Positions 9,651 through 19,500 of a DNA stretch of 59,398 bases are shown in pieces. Every line of letters starts with the position of its first letter. The stretch's first letter is position 1. The notes below the pieces were generated by a model. The model searched no databases and had not been told where the DNA came from. It saw only the letters and a list, made by a program, of their open reading frames with translations. Origin of the DNA: a virus (taxonomy: Duplodnaviria; Caudoviricetes); the IMG/VR virus record IMGVR_UViG_3300017985_000016, positions 1 through 59,398 of that record; one strand, written 5' to 3'. The position numbers and the translations under genes are program-made.

Positions 9651-10409
9651 TCAACGCCGCTCTATGTCTTCTTCAGATAATTGATCTCCCATCCAAACCT
9701 CAATTACTTTGCACGGATAGTGCCCAACGTTTGACGCTTTGTGCCAAGTTTTTTTTGGAATGTCAATACTTTCTCCTGAAGTATAAATTTTTGTTGTTTT
9801 ATATCCATTTAAATATTCTAGATCCATTTGCAATTCGCCGTCAACAATGTGCCAGTGTTCGGACCTGTGAAAATGTCTTTGGTCACTTAGTGATGTTTCA
9901 ATTGAAAGTTCTTTTACCTTCCAATGACCGTTTTGATCTAAGTCTCGATATTTACCCCAATTTCTTTGGGTTGTGGGTTTCTCCCAGTTACTTAGTATCC
10001 ACGACGAAGAATTCTTTTTATCTTCGCCACCCACTCCGAATTTGAAAGATAAATTCGAAGCCGCAACTTCCATTTCAGGTATGTTGCCAGAATTTCTATC
10101 TCCACCATTAGCAAAGATAATCTCATCTTCTTGATTGTGCGCACACATGTATTCCAAAAATTTCTTACAACTATCATCACCATCCATCTCACTACTAAGA
10201 GGCACTACTGAATTAACTACTTCTAATGCACGAATGATTGACGCTCTTTCTTTTTGAGGCATGAAATATCTGCCCTTCTTACGTTGCAACCAATCATCAC
10301 TATTTACACCAACAACTAATCGATCACCTAAAAACTTTGCAGATTCAAAGTATGCGATATGTCCACTATGAAGTGGATCAAATCCCCCAGTAACCACAAC
10401 AATTTTCAA
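9651..10409 (-). CDS. Cytidylyltransferase-like (HIGH) domain fused to a type II mannose-6-phosphate-isomerase-like cupin
   Basis: TGGFDPLHSGH, LVVGVNSD.WL.RKKG, FANGGDR, GVGG..K.NSSS, then R.WG, LSDQRHFHRSEHW, IP...WH, IEVW.G..LSEEDIER. TTG start at 10409 follows SD AAGGAG. Confidence 0.85.
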   Translation of the reverse strand: MKIVVVTGGFDPLHSGHIAYFESAKFLGDRLVVGVNSDDWLQRKKGRYFMPQKERASIIRALEVVNSVVPLSSEMDGDDSCKKFLEYMCAHNQEDEIIFANGGDRNSGNIPEMEVAASNLSFKFGVGGEDKKNSSSWILSNWEKPTTQRNWGKYRDLDQNGHWKVKELSIETSLSDQRHFHRSEHWHIVDGELQMDLEYLNGYKTTKIYTSGESIDIPKKTWHKASNVGHYPCKVIEVWMGDQLSEEDIERR

Positions 10410-10411
10410 AC

Positions 10412-11638
10412 TTAGTCTCCTTTTCTCCACATTAAATAATCCCAGAAGAAATTCTTTTCAGAACCTCTATGCAGTTCATTTGGAATTTTGTCTATAATTG
10501 ATCGATGAACAAACCAATCTTCATATTCCATGTCTGGTCTAAAACAAAGATTCTGACAAACAATCTCATATCCATTGTCTTTCATTATCTGTCTTGCTTC
10601 TGCACGAATTTCATTACCAAGTCTATACGCATCATGTTCGAACTGGACGACATTAAATTTGTATCTATGGAAAGGCATATTTCTTAAGACTTGAATGGAT
10701 GTTTCATCTGTATCAATTTGCAAGAAGTCAATTGTGTTTTCCATACAGTGTTTTACCAAAAGATCTTCGAAGTCTATTTCTAACGCATTTGCATTAATGA
10801 TAGTATTAGATCTTCTTTGCGCAAAGTCATAAGCTAGATGTGCAGACCATTCAATAGAAATACCTTTCCAATCGAATTCCGTTTCCAATAGTGCAGTGTT
10901 ATTGTGAGTATATGGATTACCTGCGCCAATCTCTAAGTAAGTACCATTGCGTTTACCATTCAAACATGCAAGTACCCACATGTCTTGTAAATGTTTTGAA
11001 TAGTTTTTCTTAATGTTTTCTATACCATCAAATTGAACAGCAAACATACTCCTGTCTTCGCCCCTGTAAGGAACCGCATCAGGCCATCCAATCTTTTCGT
11101 TTAGAAGGGTTGTCACCCAGTTTGTAAAACTTTGTTCTGCTTTGAATTCTCTTCTATATATCAAATCAAACAACATTTGACGACCATGTTCAACACCAGA
11201 GATCTGCCATGTTCCAAGCGCTCTCATATACCAGAGTTCTTTTTCGCCAGGCCAATCAATACCAATATCGTTTTTGTCTCTAAACTCCAAACCAAGTAGT
11301 GCGTGATTTAAACAAATACGCCAGTCAGTAATCTTTTCTCCATGTTTCGCAAGAAAGTAATGAGCTTCTGGACGAGTTGGAAGAATACTAATCGCATGTT
11401 GCAACAAACCTGTCACTGTATAATTACGTCCACCCTGTCTATCATATGCAAGCGCACAATAAATCATACACTTATATTGGAGTTCTTTATCTTCTTCTTC
11501 GAGATCTGCACATCTAATGTAGAAAGATACTGCTGCAGCACCTTGTTCTAATTTATCATACTCACGTGCAAGATCAAACATTTTATATGTGTTTTTTGGA
11601 TCAAGTACGTGTTCATTTAATAGTTCTTGCAGACTCAT
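10412..11638 (-). CDS. TPR-like N-terminus plus FkbM-family SAM-dependent methyltransferase
   Basis: N-terminal helical repeats (LAREY...A.SFY.R.A; P.RPEAHY.L). C-terminal YS..LQD, GTYLEIGA......NNT.LLE...W.GISIE, IDFLQID, FEHD, EDW. Confidence 0.75.
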   Translation of the reverse strand: MSLQELLNEHVLDPKNTYKMFDLAREYDKLEQGAAAVSFYIRCADLEEEDKELQYKCMIYCALAYDRQGGRNYTVTGLLQHAISILPTRPEAHYFLAKHGEKITDWRICLNHALLGLEFRDKNDIGIDWPGEKELWYMRALGTWQISGVEHGRQMLFDLIYRREFKAEQSFTNWVTTLLNEKIGWPDAVPYRGEDRSMFAVQFDGIENIKKNYSKHLQDMWVLACLNGKRNGTYLEIGAGNPYTHNNTALLETEFDWKGISIEWSAHLAYDFAQRRSNTIINANALEIDFEDLLVKHCMENTIDFLQIDTDETSIQVLRNMPFHRYKFNVVQFEHDAYRLGNEIRAEARQIMKDNGYEIVCQNLCFRPDMEYEDWFVHRSIIDKIPNELHRGSEKNFFWDYLMWRKGD

Positions 11639-11639
11639 A

Positions 11640-12674
11640 TTAACCTCTACTCAAAAATTCTGTGAAGACATCGATAGGCAATTCAAGAATGAATGTTGCG
11701 TTGTCTTGCAGACCATAAGAAATATAAACTTTATTATTGTGGAACATCATACCAGTTGCGAACTCAATATGAAATTGATTTCCTGTTACCACATCAGTTT
11801 GAGTTCCCATAAAGTGAAACTCTTGTGTGTGATGTTGGATGTTCCAATCATGATCCCAAATAATTGCACGATGAACATAGTGTCCATCTTTTCTCCCAAA
11901 GAAGTCTCTTCCTAAATCAACCTCGTGAGTAATTGCAATCCTTTGATTTTCATTTAACTTAAGAACTTGTGTACCACCACGAATATCCCTAGGCAGAGGG
12001 ATCTTCTTACTCTCATCAAGTACCACCGTTTCTGTAGTGCCCTCTTCTATATTGAACTTAATTACTTCTGTAGGATTTGTCCATTTGACAAAATGGTATG
12101 GCATGTCAAGTACTGGAACCCAGTTCTTTTCGCAATACGTTTCGTTTGGTGGTGGTGCAGGAATTGGGTGACGTGCAACTTCTTTCCACTCATTATCAAT
12201 CCATTCAATCTCTTGCATTTCCATACGACCAGTGCCTTTGTCATCATAACAATCACGACGAACACCACAAAGGAAAAGTCTATTATCCCAAGAGAAAAGT
12301 CGCCCATCTTCAAGACCAATGAAGTTCCAAGTGGGTTCTGTATCTAGTTCAGAAGTATTAATACGCCCTGCATGTACAACATTCATATTCTCATCAAGTT
12401 CACACATGATGTTATATGTTGTGAGTGTCACATCGTTTTCTGGGTGGATGTATGCAAGTGGACCAAACTGGTGAGGCCACTTTTTCCCTTCACTGTGGTA
12501 AAGGGTATAATTTACATGACGAACATTCATAAGAATTTTTCCATTATGCATGAAAATGGAAGGGTTCATTATCCCTGTTTCGCCAGTAAGTTCTTTGGGG
12601 AGAGTTATGGGATGTATCTTACCGCCTCGCTTTAATGCAAAGGTTGCAAGCCCATAAAGATGCATGTCGTGCAT
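11640..12674 (-). CDS. Five-bladed beta-propeller glycosidase/phosphorylase-like protein (GH130/GH43-like)
   Basis: MNPSI, GLEDGRLF, EKNWVP, RGGT, IEFATG and ISYGLQDN motifs typical of GH130-like propellers. SD GGAGG upstream. Confidence 0.7.
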   Translation of the reverse strand: MHDMHLYGLATFALKRGGKIHPITLPKELTGETGIMNPSIFMHNGKILMNVRHVNYTLYHSEGKKWPHQFGPLAYIHPENDVTLTTYNIMCELDENMNVVHAGRINTSELDTEPTWNFIGLEDGRLFSWDNRLFLCGVRRDCYDDKGTGRMEMQEIEWIDNEWKEVARHPIPAPPPNETYCEKNWVPVLDMPYHFVKWTNPTEVIKFNIEEGTTETVVLDESKKIPLPRDIRGGTQVLKLNENQRIAITHEVDLGRDFFGRKDGHYVHRAIIWDHDWNIQHHTQEFHFMGTQTDVVTGNQFHIEFATGMMFHNNKVYISYGLQDNATFILELPIDVFTEFLSRG

Positions 12675-12707
12675 GACACCTCCATAATTAATGTTTCAAA
12701 TGCTAAT

Positions 12708-12736
12708 ATTATATCACGTCAATAGTGTCTTGTCAA
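12708..12736 (-). promoter_or_regulatory. Perfect sigma70 promoter TTGACA-N17-TATAAT with extended -10 (TGn)
   Basis: Minus strand reads TTGACA agacactattgacgTGa TATAAT. The -35 is at 12731-12736 and overlaps the stop of the upstream gene. The -10 is at 12708-12713. Confidence 0.85.
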
Positions 12737-13071
12737 GACCAAGGTACTTGTCTGACAATAGTATTTTTCTTGTCGATTCTTCTTTCGATGATATTGTCGA
12801 TTTTTAAGATTTCGCCTGCAGTCAGTTTGTTTTCAATCCATCCAACAACTGTTTCTTCTGTAAGACTAAAGAAGTTGATAAAATCGTCTACTGAAGTATC
12901 TGCAGATGTAAACCAAGAATTGCTTAGGAAACTGTGACTGGATCCTGTCTCATCTGTTCCTGTTCTTTTCCAAGTAACACGAACAACAGAGTTTTGAAGA
13001 ACGTCACCATTGGAATTGGTTTCATCCTTCGTCTCCATGTTCACAATTTCCCAAACATATGTAATGGCCAT
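12733..13071 (-). CDS. Small fibre-associated protein (112 aa), paralogue of the adjacent gene
   Basis: Shares TY...I....KDETN..G..L...V....W..TGT, F..F..LT...V.GWI and a PW motif with 13083-13520. Lies downstream of the S74 fibre. Confidence 0.7.
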   Translation of the reverse strand: MAITYVWEIVNMETKDETNSNGDVLQNSVVRVTWKRTGTDETGSSHSFLSNSWFTSADTSVDDFINFFSLTEETVVGWIENKLTAGEILKIDNIIERRIDKKNTIVRQVPWS

Positions 13072-13082
13072 TCTAGATTACC

Positions 13083-13520
13083 TTACTCTGGTGTTTCTTC
13101 TGCATCTGGAGCAGGATCGGGATCTTCCGCACCTCCTTCTGGTGCTTCAGGATCATCTGCAGTTTCCCATGGCAGCGCACTACCTTCTACTTCTTCAATA
13201 CCACCATATTCACGTTCGATTTCATCATCTAGACGTTCGTTGATGTGATCAAGATATCCTTGATCTGCTTCAACAATGTTACGAATCCAACCAGAAACGA
13301 TATCGTTTGTTAAGTCTTCGAATGCAACAAACGATCCTGCAGGCACATTAGCTGCAGACAAAGGTGTTGCACCTGACCAAGTTGCAGACTGACCTGCAGA
13401 GTTTGTTCCTGTAATAGTCCAGTATGTTTGATATACTGCACGGTTTAGTGTTACGCCTTCGTGATTTGTTTCATCCTTGAGTTTCACACTATTAATTTTA
13501 TACGAATATGTATATGACAT
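13083..13520 (-). CDS. Small fibre-associated protein (145 aa) with acidic Pro-rich tail
   Basis: Paralogous to 12733-13071. SD GGAG and an AATAAATA motif upstream. Confidence 0.7.
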   Translation of the reverse strand: MSYTYSYKINSVKLKDETNHEGVTLNRAVYQTYWTITGTNSAGQSATWSGATPLSAANVPAGSFVAFEDLTNDIVSGWIRNIVEADQGYLDHINERLDDEIEREYGGIEEVEGSALPWETADDPEAPEGGAEDPDPAPDAEETPE

Positions 13521-13554
13521 AAGTTTTTCTCCAATTTAATTTAAACTTTGCTGT

Positions 13555-16500
13555 TTATTTATTCAAAATCATCTTTTTCAATTCTGCGATTTCCTCACGA
13601 AGTGATGACACTTCTTCCTTATATTTATTATCAACATCCTTCACAGCTTCAATTAGAAGTGCAGTTATTCTTTCATAGTTTACTGTTAGGTACTTGTGAT
13701 CTGTACCCCACTCTAACATCTCATCTTTAGTGAGTTTTTCAAACTCTTCTTTGGCTTTTAGTGTATCCCACTCTTCACCATCACGTTCTTCTAGGTATTT
13801 CTTATACGCTTTACGACCCAGTTGCATTGTGTAGTTAGCATTAAATGGTGCTTCAACAACTACTTCTGGAAGTACTGCTTCTACTTCTTGTGCAATCACA
13901 CCAACTTCATGCATCTTAGTTGGGTGGAAATCATATTCTGATTCAATGTTTTCTACCCAGTCGTACTCAACACCACGGATCTTATGTAGTTTATCAAGCG
14001 CTTCAGTGATTGGTGTTACATTTTCTTTCAAACGTCCGTCTGAAGCATATGCAACCACGTTACCTGTACAAGAAACTGTACCATTTGAACCAGACAACTG
14101 AACACGAGCGTCACCGTCTGCAGAGACATAGAAACCCCAACCAGACTGACCAGACAGACTAAAGAAGGATGCGTTGGTGTGCGCATAACCATAACCATAG
14201 TGGTTTGACAGACCAGTACCAGATGGACGGTAACTGTAACCAATAGAGTAACCAGGCGATGGATACGCATCTGTGTTCAATCCACCTGAGTTAGAACCAT
14301 GACGACCAATGAAACCGCCACGAGATTCTGCGTTGGTTGCACCCCACTTAATACCACCATTAACTACTGCAGAAGTATCAGATGCACCGTTAAAGTAGTA
14401 ACCAGTGTTATTCAAGTCATAGAAGATAGGCGCACGTGACGAACGTTCTGATCTCCAATAACCTGAGTCTGCACGAGCCTCCCATCTACCATTATAGTAG
14501 ATATAGGTATGAGAGTTCTCATACATGTAAACTGCCCATTCACCATTCGCATGTTGTAAACCAAAGTGTTGTCCATCATCATCCCAGTAAATTCTACCAC
14601 ATGCAGTAGAGTTACTATCTCTAAAGATAATTTCACCATGGTCACTGTTGTTTGAACGGATCGACATTGTATCGGAATCGTCATCATAGATGTCGAAACC
14701 ATTGTCGAACTGAAGGAAGTTCATAGTAACGTTTGCAAGACGTGACGTACCGTTAGGATCTACATAATAACTAGTGTTGTTATTGTCGTAGAAGATACGA
14801 GCACGCATATCATATGCCCAGTTATCTCTATTGTTCAGAGTATAAACTAGGGATGCAGTTCTTGTGCGAGAAACATTTGAGAAACCATTTGAGTCAAATC
14901 CAATAACCCAGTCTTGACCCCATGCAGTTGAATAACCAGAATAACCAACATCAATCCACTGAACATGAACTTGTGGATAAGACCAACTAGAATTAGATTC
15001 ACCAATCCAAACAACATCTCTGTTACCACCAGAGAAGTTTTCTCTACCCCAACGAACTGTATAGGCTCCACGGTTATCATCTGTCAACTGGGTTGCAGAT
15101 TCGTTATACCAGTTGTTGTCTCCTGAGTAGTTGTAACCACCGATTATGAACTCATGCATTCTACCTGTTGAGTATTCGTAAACCGTAACCTTGAACTTCA
15201 TCATGGTTGCAGAACGATATCTACTTCTTGGTAGACCAATACGAATTGCACCAGTTACAGAACTTGATGTTGTAGTATATGTACCACCATTTGGTGAAGT
15301 GTATCTGCGTTCTTGCGAGTCATACAGGTTGTTAATTCTATGGTAGTTCGAACGTGAAGTCGACGCACCATCGAAGTAGTAACCAGTATTATTTGCATCA
15401 TAGAAGATTGGGGCACGAGATGAGCCAGGCGAATATGTGTAAGAAGTATACACATAGAATTCCGTGTTGTTGTTACAACGAAGTTCTAGTGGGTTGGTAC
15501 TTGTTCTAACACGAACTGCCCATGCGCCATCATTATCCAAAAGACCGTGTTCGCCACCGCCAGAACCATACCAGTAACCCTGAAGTTGACCTTGACTGTC
15601 GTAGAGGCGAACACCACCGCCACCTGTTGCACCATAACGTAGATCCAAATAGGTATCATCAGTGTAAAGGTGACCAGAAGAACCGCCGTCATCAAGACGA
15701 AGTCTGTTGATGAGAACAGTGTTCAAGTTCGAAGTGCTTGCAGGGTTTACATAGTAACCAGTATTGTTTCTATCGTAGAAGATAGGCGAACGAATATCAG
15801 AAATATGATCAAAGTAATCTGTGTTTAGACGAGCATACTTTGTAGTCTGATACCACCAACCCTGCATCTCTGAGTTGTCAGAAGAAGAAAGGTTTGAGTG
15901 AAGTTCTACACGACCTTGTAGACGAATGTAGTCCGAAGAACCTGTACCATCGTTATCAACACCAAGTACAAGTGCAGCGTTTTCACCAGTGTTGTTGAAG
16001 TCTGGATCAAACGTAATGTAAGCGTGGTCTGATGGTGCGTTAACACCAGAACGGAAGTAAATCGTTACAGGCGCATCGTTACCTGACCAGAATTCTGCTG
16101 CCACGTTGTTTAGATAGTCAGTACCTGTAACGTCATATGAAGAGTGAGATCCTGCAGAGTCATTTTGACGTGCATAGAAGTACGCTTTACCATAGAATTC
16201 TGCAGCATTCAATCTAGAAGTACTTGCAGGGTTCGTATAGTAGAACGTGTTATTCAAGTCATAGAAAATAGGTGCACGAGATGATCTTTCAGAACGCCAG
16301 TAACCGCTATCTGCACGAGCTTCCCATCTACCATTGTAATAAATGTAAGTATGGGCATTTTCGTATAGATATATACCCCACTCGTCATTAGCGTGTTTTA
16401 GACCGAAGTGTTGTCCGTCATCATCCCAATAGATACGTCCACATGCAGTGGAGTTGGAGTCACGGAAAATGATTTCACCATGATCAGAGTTGTTTGAACG

Positions 16501-19500
16501 AATACTCAGTGTATCAGCGTCATCGTCGTAGATGTCAAATCCATTGTCGAACTGTAGGAAGTTTGCAGTGATGTTTGCAAGACGTGAGGTGCCTGCCGGA
16601 TCTACATAATAAGCAGTGTTGTTCGAATCGTAGAAGATTGGCGCACGGAAACTGTATCCAGTGTAGACATACAATGCGTCACCATAAACATCAAACAATC
16701 CAAAGTTAGAAATTGTACCAGTTGCAGCACCATGACGACCAATACGGAAGTCTGCACCTGAACTGTTGTTATTGTTTGAGTCTAGGTTGATAAACAAACT
16801 ACCGTATGTGTTGATACGGATGTCATCCGAAGTACTACCACCACTATCACGAGATGCAATCCCATGATATGTTGAATCATCACCATAGAATGTGATCCAA
16901 TCACCACGATCAGCCATGTTAAACTGATCGGCAGTGACAACATTCATACGAGAAGTAGAAGCAGGATTTGTGTAGTATCCGCTGTTGTTTCTATCGTAGA
17001 AAACTTGAGCATAGATGTTGCGGTTAATTAGAGTATCACCATCGCCACGGATGATCATGTTCCACGTACCACTCAGACCACCATCCATAAATCTAATATC
17101 TTCGCCACCAGATGTTGCAAATTGGAAGTGGGCGTCATTGGATGAGGTTGCACGAATATAACCACGAATTGTTTGTTCACCATTACCTTCATTGGTGTAG
17201 AACAACATCTGTCCGCCATTGCGCATACGAAGTTGGTTGTGCCAACTATCATTCAATCTAGATGTGGATGCAAAGTCACCATAGTAGTTTGTATCGTTAA
17301 CATCATAGAAGATTGGGGATCTCATAGATCCTTTTGCTTCAGTGTAACCTGTGCGGATGATAAATCTTGTGTAAGCGTCTTGTGACCAACTTGTACCAAC
17401 ACCATAGTGTGGGTTTTCTTGGTTGTCATAGTAACCAAAGTCAAGTGAGTTCGCTTGATAGTTTGCAGTACCAATGTTCCAACGACGAACGTTGTTCGAA
17501 GAGTCACGTCTTGAACGGAACGAAATCACCCCACCGTGGTTCGTATTTGTACCCCAAGAACTTAGAGTAAAGTGTGGGTACGCATGGTTTGCACCAATTT
17601 CAATCTGTGGTCTGTTACCATCACGTGTTGTCTGCGTTGCTGCGTTCGAACCAACTTTCAAATATGAATCACCAGAACTCAAACGTAGGTGAACCATACG
17701 AGAAGTCGACGCAGGGTTTACATAGTAACCTGTATTATTGTAATCATAGAAGATAGGCGAACGAACGCCCGCACTTTGTGGAAAGTTAACTGCACTGTTG
17801 TCACCAATGAATTCTGCAAGAAGTGTACCTTCACTGTACCATGCACTACCAAATGCAGTGCCACCTCTCCAACGAAGTTGCATACGACCTGCACCAGTAT
17901 CGTTTGCACCCCAAACAAAGTGTTGGTCACCAGAAGAGTTCCCTGGCGCACTATCACTATATTCAAGTGCAGGATAGCCAGATGTCATAATCGAACGAAT
18001 ACGTGCATAACCATTTGACAAAGTAGGTGCAATGTCAATATTCGCAAGACGTGATGTCGAAGCTGGATTGATGTAGTAGTTCGTATTGTTACGATCATAC
18101 CCAATGTTAAAACGAATATCGTTCACATAAGAAGTAGATGCAGGATCTAGATAATAGTTCGTATCGTTACGATCATAGTAACGATCAGCAGTTACGTCAC
18201 CTGTCACAACAATATCATCACCACGCAAACGTCCATGATAGTTAGAACGTTTCAACATGATACCTGCATATTGACGCAGTGCACCACCGCCTGAATAGTT
18301 CATCAAAATACGAATACGAACATAATAACAGTTCGATGGAATCGTTGTATAACCTCTATAGGTACTCCAATTAGTGCTTGTATAGTTTACGTTACTTGCA
18401 ACAAAGTAAGTTGTACCTGAGTTACCTGCAATTGGAGATATATTTTGATCATAACGTTCAATACCGTAGTAAAGAACACCACCCGAACCTGAAATTCTAC
18501 GAACAGAAATCTCACCATAGAGTTCTTCGCCTGGTTCGACTGGAATATATGCAGAGTAGAAGTCACGGTAACCAGAAGTCTGAAGTACATAAGATCCTGC
18601 AAATGGTCCAGTTGTTGCACGAACAAACTCACTAGTCGACGTTGTCAAACTGTTTTCGTTAGGTGCAAGAGCTTGCGTAACTCGTTTGTCAAAATACTCT
18701 GTACCATCAAATAGTACCTGATCTGCATGACCAGAACCATATGCAGGTGAAAGGTTAAGGTTACCATTACCACCGTTTAGATTGATTTCTGGTGCAGTAA
18801 TAGATTTCGATGCTTTAAAGTTACCTGCTTTATCAAACCAGAATCTATCACCAACTGCGTTAAAGTGGAAAATAAGCGATTCACGAGCAGTTCCATCATA
18901 ACCGTTCCAGTTTTCGTTTACAAGCCAAGGATACTGTGATCCTGCAAGACTTGAACGAATTGCAAGCATATATCTATTGTTATGATACAAGGACATTGCA
19001 TAAGTGTTATTTGCAATTGCACCTTGGTTACCAACTGAGATAGAACTCATACGTGAATGAGACGCAAAGTCACCATAGTAACCAGTGTTATTTCTATCAT
19101 AGTAAATCGGCGAACGTGCCTGATTAGGCATGTCGAAGTAACCGTTTTGTGTCTGTGCTTGAACACCACCATTGTACATTAGTTCCAGGCGAGCGTTTCT
19201 GAAACCTTTCAAGATCCATTCGTTATCGGTATCATTGTAGATACCTACTTCGTTTGCACCGTTTGACATGAAGACATAGTCGTCACGGATTGCATATCCT
19301 GCCCAACCGTTCTTCGCACCTTCAACTCTAATCGAACCATAATCACCAGATGCAGTATCAATGTAGTAAGTAGATCCATCAACCTGATAACGGTTGGCTC
19401 TCATTATGTTGAATATCGATGTTGATGCAGGGTCTGCGTAATATGATGTGTTATTCGAATCGTAGAAGATAGGTGAACGCATCTGGTTAGGTGCAAACGC

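Noticed and set aside
14404-16638. Duplicated fibre segment as a diversity-generating retroelement TR/VR pair
   Set aside because: Differences are synonymous and not adenine-specific, both copies are in-frame coding, and there is no reverse transcriptase in the window.
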